The notes beneath the pieces were generated by a model. The model saw only the letters and a list, made by a program, of their open reading frames with translations, did no database searches and was not told the DNA's origin. The translations under genes and the position numbers were made by a program. Below, one piece after another: positions 47,714-55,403 of a DNA stretch of 64,000 nt (positions within the stretch are counted from its first letter, which is position 1; every line of letters starts with the position of its first letter). The DNA is taken from assembly GCA_016219925.1 (NCBI GenBank), contig JACRJU010000013.1, positions 980-64,979 of the forward strand, written 5' to 3'. The stretch comes from Candidatus Uhrbacteria bacterium (lineage in GTDB: Bacteria; Patescibacteriota; Patescibacteriia; UBA9934; GWF2-40-263).

Positions 47714-48346
47714 ATGTCCGCGAATCATCTCAAAACACTATCCGCAGGTTGGCAAACGATTTTGATGTTTGGTTTGTTGGGACTCGTGTTTGCGCTTATC
47801 GTCTCTTTTGTTCAGCCGCTTCAGTATGGTTCAACGGCGCGCCTCTTGATTTTGCAAGACGTGGGTTCTTCGGTGGATGCGTATACGGCTTCGCGCTCCG
47901 AGGAGCGTATCGCGGAAAATCTTTCCACGATTATTTACACGAGTACTTTTTTGGATCAGGTGCTCTCGGCCGGGTTTGATATTCGCGCGAATACGTTTCC
48001 TACGGATTCGGCCAATCGCCGTCGGGCTTGGCATAAGGCTGTGACCGCAACGGTTTCGCGCGGTTCGGGATTGCTTACGATTTCCGCCTATGACCAGGAT
48101 GTGAGGCAGGCCGAGCAGGTCGTTCGGGCTGTGGCTTTTGTTTTGACCGGACGGGTGGGGGAGTTTACTTCTGGGGGAAATGTGCAAGTTCGATTGATTG
48201 ATGCTCCGCTCAATTCGCGCTGGCCGGTCCGGCCAAATATTTTTGCAAATACCCTGACCGGATTGATTTTGGGAGGATTTGTTGGGATAGCCGTTGTCTT
48301 GGTTCAAACGGAAAAGATTCGTCGGAGGCATCAACTGCACGGATAA
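47714..48346 (+). CDS. Wzz/YveK-like polysaccharide chain-length-determinant family protein (short form)
   Basis: ATG 47714 (MSANHLKTLSAGWQTILMFGLLGLVFALIVSFVQPLQYGSTARLLI). C-terminal TM. The track ORF from 47579 overlaps the upstream gene. Confidence 0.6.
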   Translation: MSANHLKTLSAGWQTILMFGLLGLVFALIVSFVQPLQYGSTARLLILQDVGSSVDAYTASRSEERIAENLSTIIYTSTFLDQVLSAGFDIRANTFPTDSANRRRAWHKAVTATVSRGSGLLTISAYDQDVRQAEQVVRAVAFVLTGRVGEFTSGGNVQVRLIDAPLNSRWPVRPNIFANTLTGLILGGFVGIAVVLVQTEKIRRRHQLHG

Positions 48347-48416
48347 TCAGTCTCATAAAAAGCCATTTTTTGACATAAAAAGCCTAAAAAGGTCTTTTTT
48401 TGTCTGTTCCCGTCTC

Positions 48417-48445
48417 TTGACATTTTTGTCTGATTATGCTACATT
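48417..48445 (+). promoter_or_regulatory. sigma70-like promoter (TTGACA, 17 nt, TACATT) driving the R1 leader
   Basis: TTGACA at 48417-48422 and TACATT at 48440-48445. AT-rich, immediately upstream of the structured leader. Confidence 0.45.
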
Positions 48446-48594
48446 GCCACGTTCAATGCTCCTTATGTGACCCGCGTTTTGAAGCGGTTTGATGTCCAGC
48501 CGGAATGCCTCCTCCTCATTCTGCGCCGGATATCAGACCACTTCAGACCGTATGGTCTGGTGTGTCCCTTAAAACATCACCAAGAACATATTTG

Positions 48595-48850
48595 GACAGA
48601 TTGGTTTCTCTCTGCACCTACGGCTTTACTTCTCTTAAGGAGATCCTTCGTCGGCCTCTGGCCTCCTCAGGATGACAAATAAAATGTTGTGTCATCCTGA
48701 AGGAGCTTGAATCGACTGAAGGATCTTACAGAATGTAAAACCGCGAGTGCAGAGAGACAACCATCCCTCCGGGGTGGCTCTGTGGCATACAGCTGAGACG
48801 GGATTTCCCCCGCTTCGGTATCGTGTGTCAGATATCCCCCGGAGGGGGAG
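48595..48850 (+). promoter_or_regulatory. structured 5' leader / repeat element R1 with an SD-sequestering stem
   Basis: Long-range inverted repeat TCTCTCTGCAC (48607-48617) with GTGCAGAGAGA (48747-48757). Nested hairpins AGATCCTTC/GAAGGATCT and CTCAGGATGACA/TGTCATCCTGAAG. CCCTCCGGGG (48765-48774) pairs with CCCCGGAGGG (48837-48846), which contains the SD GGAGGGGG 6 nt before ATG 48854. The 105-nt core 48746-48850 is repeated at 52086-52190 with one mismatch. Confidence 0.65.
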
Positions 48851-48853
48851 ACA

Positions 48854-50341
48854 ATGGAGGAAGCCATGAAGACGTTGTGCCAGTTCGTTTTCGCCGTGAG
48901 TCTGCTCGTCGGCGCCACCGCCGCGTTCGCGGCCCCCCCCAAGCCCACGGCCGACTGCGGCCTGGACAAGGACGGCGACGGTTGGTGCGTGCCGGATCCG
49001 AGCCGCACCATGCCCGACCCGGCCGACCCCAGCAAGAGCAAGCCGTTTCATCTCGGCAAGCTCGACTGCAACGACGCCGACCCGGCCGTTCACCCCGGCG
49101 CCAAGGAAATCGTCGGCAACGGGATCGACGAGGACTGTGACGGTGAAGACGCCGAAGCCCCGGCCTACGCGAAGAACTTCGGGTGCGACCCGAAGAACGC
49201 GAAGTGTTTGGCGGTCTTGGCCAAGGAGATCAAGGCGTGCGACGGCAAGACCGGCTGTGCCGTGAACTACACGGCCGGCAAGTTCGTCACCGGCTTCGGC
49301 TTCTACTTCATCGACACCGACTGCGACGGCGTGCGCGAGCTTGTCAATCAGGCCGGGAAGGACAAGCACGACGCCGAGATCGCGGCCGGGAAGCACTGCG
49401 TGCGACCCGCCGGGACGACGCATCGCCCGCACCACAAGGGGAAGGCCAAGCCGAAGTACGCCGTCGCTCCTCTCCCCGTCGATCCCACCCGGGTCGACGC
49501 GCTCGAGAAGGGAGCCGGCGAGCTCCGAGATGACGTCGACGGTCTCGATGACCGGCTCGACGACGTCGAAGAGCTCGCGGCCGACGGGGCCAAGCGCCTC
49601 GATGACCTCAACGGAGCCCTCAAGGCCGAAGCCAAGGCCCGTGAGGCCGCGGACAAGGCAGAGGCCGAGGCCCGCAAGGCCGCCGACAGCGCTCTGGGCG
49701 ACCAGATCGCGATCGTCAAGGGCCAGGCCGCGACGGCTCACCGGGTCGCCGTGGCCGCGGGCACCCGCGCCGAAGACGCCGCCTCCGCCGCCGCCGTCGC
49801 CAACAGCGCCGGCGTCAACGCGGGGTTCAACGTCGGCGTGGCTCTCAAGGGCCAGGCCGACATCCACCTGAAAAGTGGAGTGGCGCGGGGAGGCTTCGCT
49901 CCCATGCTCCTCGTCGGCGGTCACGTCGGCGCGGAGCTCCCGTCCGGGATCTACCGCCTCCTCGGCGCCGTCGGCCTCCCCTTCGAGGAAGGTCCAAGCG
50001 GCAACACCGAGCGCGGGATGTTCTGGACGGTCGGTGGCGAGACGCTCTTCAAGCTCGCCCCCGGCTCCGCGCACGCGCTCGGGCTCATCGTCCGGTACGT
50101 CGACCACGAAAGTGGTGGTGACGTCCTGGGCGTCAACGCTCGGTCGCGCGGCGGCGGAGGCGGCGTCGCGTACGAGTACGCGTCCGGCTCGGGATGGTTG
50201 CGCACCCCAGTGCACGTCAGCCTCGAAGGGGGCGGCGAGCAGTTGGGCTCCCAGGGCAGTCAGTTTCGTGCCCTGGGCAACGCCGCCTTCGCCATGCTGA
50301 CCCTCACGGTCGGTGGCGGAACCGGTGCGCTCACCCGCTAG
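48854..50341 (+). CDS. GC-rich secreted protein. Signal peptide, MopE-like Cys/Asp metal-binding-type repeat, coiled-coil, Gly-rich C-terminal domain
   Basis: Signal peptide MEEAMKTLCQFVFAVSLLVGATAAFAAP. CNDADPAVHPGAKEIVGNGIDEDCDG motif. About 68 % GC. The long antisense ORF 48692-50215 is treated as a GC artefact. Confidence 0.7.
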   Translation: MEEAMKTLCQFVFAVSLLVGATAAFAAPPKPTADCGLDKDGDGWCVPDPSRTMPDPADPSKSKPFHLGKLDCNDADPAVHPGAKEIVGNGIDEDCDGEDAEAPAYAKNFGCDPKNAKCLAVLAKEIKACDGKTGCAVNYTAGKFVTGFGFYFIDTDCDGVRELVNQAGKDKHDAEIAAGKHCVRPAGTTHRPHHKGKAKPKYAVAPLPVDPTRVDALEKGAGELRDDVDGLDDRLDDVEELAADGAKRLDDLNGALKAEAKAREAADKAEAEARKAADSALGDQIAIVKGQAATAHRVAVAAGTRAEDAASAAAVANSAGVNAGFNVGVALKGQADIHLKSGVARGGFAPMLLVGGHVGAELPSGIYRLLGAVGLPFEEGPSGNTERGMFWTVGGETLFKLAPGSAHALGLIVRYVDHESGGDVLGVNARSRGGGGGVAYEYASGSGWLRTPVHVSLEGGGEQLGSQGSQFRALGNAAFAMLTLTVGGGTGALTR

Positions 50342-50869
50342 GCCTCTGCGCGGCGCGGCTCGCCTCCTCCCGAGTGCGCGCCGTCATCACGCCGGTTGTC
50401 CCCCGACCGGCACTGGGTGACCCCGCCTCCCGCGCAGTTCGACTTCGGTCGGCTGTGCGGGGGCGGGGAAACCTGGACCTCTCATCAGCTTTTGCTGATC
50501 CTGGCTCCACACACCTACTCGTGTGGAGACCTCGTACGAGAAGTTGAGTCATTTATTGCCCGAGCTTGTCGAGGGCTGTAGATGGATCATTCGACTTCTG
50601 ATATGAGGAGAACGAACATCTTTGCCATACTGTCCTGTCATCCTGAGCGAAGCGAAGGATCTCGCGTTTCTAGAGATTCTTCAGTCACTGCTGATGGAGT
50701 TATATCGACCGAAGGATCCCAAGGTGTAAAGCTGGGGAAAGCAGGATGATTGATCGCCACCCGCTGGTGTTCAGCCATCCTGTTTTCCCCGGACCCTGAC
50801 CCATGGTGGGTTCGGGGGCGGATTGGACAGAGAGAAGTCCACGGGGAGGCCCGTGGCAGGAGGAGATCC

Positions 50870-51757
50870 ATGAACCGTACCACCACCACGTCGTTCGTCT
50901 TCGCCGTACTCGCGGCCTTCGCCCTCACCGCCTGCGGAGGCGTCCAGGCCGATTGGGACCAGCCCGACGGCACCTCGGCCGATGCGGGCGCCAAGCCCGA
51001 CAGCGAGTCCAGCGGCGGCGAGGTCTCGACCACCGCGACGTGCAACCCGGCGATCCAGGACTGCGACGGCGACGGACGCATCGGCCAGGCCGACTGCGGC
51101 CCGTACGACCCGAGCGTCTACGCCGGTGCCCCCGAGCTGTGCGACGGCAAGGACAACAACTGCGACGGTCACACCGACGAGGGATGCCCTGCCAAGCCGG
51201 CCGCAGCGGCCGACTCCGACGGGGACGGCTACCCGGACGGGCCGCAGGACTGCGCTCCGTCCAACCCATCGGTGCACCCGGGCGCGACCGAGATCTGCGA
51301 CGGCGTCGACAACAACTGCGACGGCGTCACCGACGAGGGATGCTCGGCGGCCACAATCCCGCCCGGCAACGAGGCGAAGCTCTCGTGTACGTTCACCTTC
51401 ACGACGGACCGGCAACGGACCGTCAACGTGCAGGCGTACGACACCAAGGCCGACCTCGGCAAGTGGTGGGACTCGAGCCAGACCGGCTCGGGCAAGTCCA
51501 TCACGGTCGAGCTCCCGCAGGTGCCCAAGGACATCTGCGGGTTCCGCCTCAACACGGCGGAAGGCAACCCGCCGACCGACTGGTTCTGCGAGGGCAACGG
51601 CTCCACAGCCAACCTCGACCCGTCGACCAGCGTGAGCTGTGTCTTCGACGGGAAGTCCGCGACGAAGTCCGGGCTCAAGACTTGGTCGGCCCCCGGCGGA
51701 ACCAACGCCGGCTGCAGCGCCGTCTGGGTCGTGACCCCCAGCGCCAACTGCTGGTAG
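50870..51757 (+). CDS. GC-rich lipoprotein with two MopE-like repeats and a C-terminal beta-rich domain (paralog)
   Basis: AGGAGA RBS. Lipobox MNRTTTTSFVFAVLAAFALTAC. DCGPYDPSVYAGAPELCDGKDNNCDGHTDEGC and DCAPSNPSVHPGATEICDGVDNNCDGVTDEGC. C-terminal LGKWW...WSAPGG motif shared with 52207-53205. Confidence 0.7.
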   Translation: MNRTTTTSFVFAVLAAFALTACGGVQADWDQPDGTSADAGAKPDSESSGGEVSTTATCNPAIQDCDGDGRIGQADCGPYDPSVYAGAPELCDGKDNNCDGHTDEGCPAKPAAAADSDGDGYPDGPQDCAPSNPSVHPGATEICDGVDNNCDGVTDEGCSAATIPPGNEAKLSCTFTFTTDRQRTVNVQAYDTKADLGKWWDSSQTGSGKSITVELPQVPKDICGFRLNTAEGNPPTDWFCEGNGSTANLDPSTSVSCVFDGKSATKSGLKTWSAPGGTNAGCSAVWVVTPSANCW

Positions 51758-51877
51758 GTCACAACGATCCCTTCTGCCCACTGCGTCTTCCAACCGGTGG
51801 GCGCTTTTTTTTGTCAGACATTTGTGACTTTTAGTCAAAAATTGCCGTTTTTATTACAAAATACGCGTTTGGATGGC

Positions 51878-51906
51878 TTGACAAATCGGCTATTTTATGA
51901 TATATT
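51878..51906 (+). promoter_or_regulatory. strong sigma70-like promoter (TTGACA, 17 nt, TATATT) driving the R2 leader
   Basis: TTGACA at 51878-51883, a 17-nt spacer, and TATATT at 51901-51906. An AT-rich block inside the GC-rich island. Confidence 0.55.
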
Positions 51907-51934
51907 AATCTGTTCCCAAAATGAGGGAATGGAT

Positions 51935-52195
51935 CCGGTTTCTCTCTGCACTAAGTTCTTAAACTCGTTACTTTGTCATGTTGTGTCTTTGCGAGGAGGC
52001 CGGTCGAATGACCGGACGACGAAGCAAACTCGAGATTGCTTCGGTCGCTTGAACCTCCCTCGCAATGACAACAGTTTGAGACTTGAGTGCAGAGAGACAA
52101 CCATCCCTCCGGGGTGGCTCTGTGGCATACAGCTGAGACGGGATTTCCCCCGCTTCGGTACCGTGTGTCAGATATCCCCCGGAGGGGGAGTAGTT
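51935..52195 (+). promoter_or_regulatory. structured 5' leader / repeat element R2, a copy of R1
   Basis: TCTCTCTGCAC (51941-51951) pairs with GTGCAGAGAGA (52093-52103). The core 52086-52190 is 104/105 identical to 48746-48850. Here an additional AGGAGG SD lies 8 nt upstream of ATG 52207. Confidence 0.65.
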
Positions 52196-52206
52196 AGGAG
52201 GAAAAG

Positions 52207-53205
52207 ATGAAGAAGCTCCTGTCCGCTTTCGCCGCGAGCCTTCTGCTCGTCGGCGCAACCGTCGTGCTGAACGCCTGTGAGGGCGTTTCGGCCACCTACA
52301 CCACGCCCGAGCCGACCATCGAGTCGGTCGACGCGGGACCGTCGTCCGTCGACGCGGCCAGCGCCGACAAGGGTTCGTCCGTCGACGCCGCTCCGGCGCC
52401 CGACGCGGTCACGTCGACGCACCCGTGCGTCGACAACGACCACGACGGGTACTGCGTCGTCAACGCCAAGGGCGAGCCAGTCGACTGCAACGACTCGCCG
52501 CTCGACAAGGACGGCGACGGGATTGTGGACGGATTCCCGATCCACCCCGGCGCCGCCGAGATCTGCAACATGATCGACGACAACTGCGACGGCCACACCG
52601 ACGAGGGCCTCGAGAAGGTCCTCAACTACGTGGACGGCGACAACGACGGCTACGGCGACATCAACGACCCGGGTGCGGAGACCTGCCTCGCGCAGGGATT
52701 CGTCACCGACAACGGGGACTGCGACGACAACGCCGCCAACATTCACCCCGGCGCCCCGGACAAGCCCAACGACGGCATCGACTCCGACTGCGACGACGAG
52801 TCGCAGAAGGAGAATGCTCCGCCCACGGAGACGGCCGTCCATGGCGTCCTGACCGTGCAGGTCCCCAACAAGGCGGCACTGGTGCTCTCGTACCAGTTCG
52901 CCAAGTCGGAAGATCTGCTCGGCAAGTGGTGGGAGCCGGACGTCGCCAAGGCAGAGAACGGCGATGAGGTAGGCACGTCGTTCGTGATGTCCAAGGACAT
53001 CGCGTTCGTGCGCCTCAACGTCACGATCGGCACCGGCGACGCGGCCACCTGGCTGTGCTCCGGCTCGGGCAACGACGCGGCGCTCCTCAAGGACGCCAAG
53101 GTGAAGCTCGAGTTCGGCGGCGGCGCGCTCGTCGGCGAACCCTACCTGTGGTCCGCCCCAGAAGGCGGCTGCAGCGTCGTCTTCCCGATCGCCTACCTCG
53201 AGTAG
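52207..53205 (+). CDS. GC-rich lipoprotein with MopE-like repeats and the shared C-terminal domain (paralog)
   Basis: Lipobox MKKLLSAFAASLLLVGATVVLNAC. CNDSPLDKDGDGIVDGFPIHPGAAEICNMIDDNCDGHTDEG. C-terminus LLGKWWEPD...LWSAPEGGCSVVF. Confidence 0.72.
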   Translation: MKKLLSAFAASLLLVGATVVLNACEGVSATYTTPEPTIESVDAGPSSVDAASADKGSSVDAAPAPDAVTSTHPCVDNDHDGYCVVNAKGEPVDCNDSPLDKDGDGIVDGFPIHPGAAEICNMIDDNCDGHTDEGLEKVLNYVDGDNDGYGDINDPGAETCLAQGFVTDNGDCDDNAANIHPGAPDKPNDGIDSDCDDESQKENAPPTETAVHGVLTVQVPNKAALVLSYQFAKSEDLLGKWWEPDVAKAENGDEVGTSFVMSKDIAFVRLNVTIGTGDAATWLCSGSGNDAALLKDAKVKLEFGGGALVGEPYLWSAPEGGCSVVFPIAYLE

Positions 53206-53298
53206 GCTTCCTCGGGCGCTCTACACGCCCCCTGACCCCGGCGCCCACCTGCCCCATCGCTCTAGATGGAACGCAGGTGGGTGTCCGGGGTCTTGTTA

Positions 53299-53327
53299 TT
53301 GACAAAATCTTCGTTTCCTGATAAAAA
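53299..53327 (+). promoter_or_regulatory. sigma70-like promoter candidate (TTGACA, 17 nt, TAAAAA)
   Basis: TTGACA at 53299-53304 and TAAAAA at 53322-53327. Followed by a GCCCTCG ... CGAGGGC inverted repeat in the leader. Confidence 0.4.
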
Positions 53328-53490
53328 AAGCCCTCGCTCATTATCAACAGACCTCTATGCTTTTGGTCTTGATTCGGCTTGTTTTGCCTAAAATCGAGGG
53401 CAGTTGCGTGGAGATCTAGGCGGCCAAGCAGGGAAAGTCCCTGCCTGTGTTGCCAAGAAGAGTCCCCAAGCAGGGGGCAAGGAGTTCGTG

Positions 53491-55176
53491 ATGTTTTCGC
53501 CTCGTCCTCTCATCATGGCGGCGGTCCTCGCGACCGCGTGCCAGTCCAACCCGTTCGGCTCGCTCGAAGCGAGCTACGACGCATCGGCGGACACGTCGTC
53601 CCAGGCCGAGGCATCGCCTGCCACCATCGACAAGGACAATGACGGCGTTCCTGCCTCGCAGGACTGCGACGACAACGACCCCAAGGTCGGCAAGGCGCAG
53701 ACCTGGTACTTCGACAACGATGGCGACGGCTGGGGCAACACCTCGGCCACGTTCGTCTCGTGCACGAAGCCGGCGAGCTACGTCGACGTCTCCCACGCAG
53801 GCGACTGCGCGGATGCCGACAAGTCGTCCTATCCCGGCGCGCCCGAGCTGTGCGACGGCAAGGACAACGACTGCGATGGCAAGATCGACAACGCGACTGG
53901 CAACGTCTGGTACTTCGATGCCGACGGCGATCAGCGCGGCGATCCAGGCGCGATCGTCACGGGCGGCTGCAAGGCGCCCAACGCCAAGCTCGTCGGGAAC
54001 GCCGACGACTGCGACGACCTCAACCCGAAGGTCTACAAGAACGCGCCCGAACTGTGCGACGGCGTCGACAACAACTGCAACGGGCAGATCGACGAAGGGG
54101 TGAAGATTCCCATCTGGGTCGATGCCGACGGCGACGGTTTCGGCGACAAGTCCAAGCCGACCTTCGCCTGCAAGGTGGAACCCGGGTTCGCCGGGAACGC
54201 CGACGACTGCGATGACAAGAACATCAAGGTCAATCCCAAGGCCGCCGAAGTCTGCAACAACGTCGACGACAACTGCAACGGGCAGACCGACGAAGGTACG
54301 ACGACGACCTTCTACGCGGACGAGGATGGCGACAGCTTCGGCAATGCGGCCAAGCCTGTCCAGGCCTGTTCGCTCGGGCCCGGGCTCGTGACGGCGCCCT
54401 TCGCGACCGACTGCAGCGATACGAACGCCAAGGTGAACCCCAAGGCGGACGAGCTGTGCGACGGCATCGACAACAATTGCGACGGCAAGACCGACGAGCC
54501 GAGCGCCAAGGACGCCCAGGTCTACTACCTCGACGAAGACGGTGACGGCTTCGGTCTGGAGAGCACGGCTGTCAAGAGCTGTGCCAAGCCTTCGTCCAAG
54601 CACGTCCTGATTACGGCGGACTGCAACGACGATCCGAAGGTCGGCAAGGCCGCCCATCCCGGCGCAACCGAGATCTGCGACGGCCTCGACAACGACTGCG
54701 ACGGCAAGACCGACGAGGGCACAGCCCAGGAGCTATGCGACGACGGCCTGCCGTACACCACCGACGCTTGCTCGGGCAAGGCGGGGTGCGTCAACCTGCC
54801 GCTCCCGGTCACGCTCACCTGCAAGGTGCCGTCCGATGCCGAGTTCAAGTTCAACCCGGCGGAGGACAGCTGCTCGGCGGCTGTCTTCTACTCCAAGGTC
54901 GCGGGTGGCGAGGTGAGCTACAGCGCGCTCTCGATCAAGGAGGGCACGCTCACGCCTTCGCCCGCCGATCTGTGCGCCATGTTCAAGGACGGCTGGAACC
55001 TCCACGTGGAGGATCTGGTTTCGACCATGAGTGGTGTCTCCGGGTGGGTCGGTGGCGAGTACGTCACCGTCAAGGTCGACGGCAAGCCGGTGAAGGGAAC
55101 GCCGGGGAGCGTCACCATCCTCCCCCCCGGCCTCGACTTCATCTACACGGCCAAGGACTTCGGGTTCTGCCCGTAG
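53491..55176 (+). CDS. GC-rich lipoprotein with about 7 tandem MopE-like repeats plus a C-terminal domain
   Basis: AAGGAG RBS. Lipobox MFSPRPLIMAAVLATAC. Repeats of the form DCDDxDPKVxxxAxExCDGxDNxCxGxxDEG, alternating with WYFDxDGDGxG segments. Confidence 0.72.
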   Translation: MFSPRPLIMAAVLATACQSNPFGSLEASYDASADTSSQAEASPATIDKDNDGVPASQDCDDNDPKVGKAQTWYFDNDGDGWGNTSATFVSCTKPASYVDVSHAGDCADADKSSYPGAPELCDGKDNDCDGKIDNATGNVWYFDADGDQRGDPGAIVTGGCKAPNAKLVGNADDCDDLNPKVYKNAPELCDGVDNNCNGQIDEGVKIPIWVDADGDGFGDKSKPTFACKVEPGFAGNADDCDDKNIKVNPKAAEVCNNVDDNCNGQTDEGTTTTFYADEDGDSFGNAAKPVQACSLGPGLVTAPFATDCSDTNAKVNPKADELCDGIDNNCDGKTDEPSAKDAQVYYLDEDGDGFGLESTAVKSCAKPSSKHVLITADCNDDPKVGKAAHPGATEICDGLDNDCDGKTDEGTAQELCDDGLPYTTDACSGKAGCVNLPLPVTLTCKVPSDAEFKFNPAEDSCSAAVFYSKVAGGEVSYSALSIKEGTLTPSPADLCAMFKDGWNLHVEDLVSTMSGVSGWVGGEYVTVKVDGKPVKGTPGSVTILPPGLDFIYTAKDFGFCP

Positions 55177-55403
55177 CCTCGGCCTCACTAGACTCGGTGC
55201 GGACACAGCGGTATTATCCGCTTCGTCGTCCGCACCGAGTCGCTCTTTTTCCTCTTAGTCTAAACAAAGCGATCAGAATCGACACGATACGTTGTTATTA
55301 AAGAACGCATCATGTCGGGGTTGATCGGTTTCAACAACGACCGGTTCACGGGCGGTCACCCGTGTCACTGCCGTCCATGAGTATGGGTGGCTGGGAGGTG
55401 GCC

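Noticed and set aside
50590-50700. Possible hammerhead-like motif (CUGAUGGAG … GAAGGAUC) in the leader of gene 50870
   Set aside because: The core reads CUGAUGG, not CUGAUGA. The helix arrangement does not fit the hammerhead consensus.
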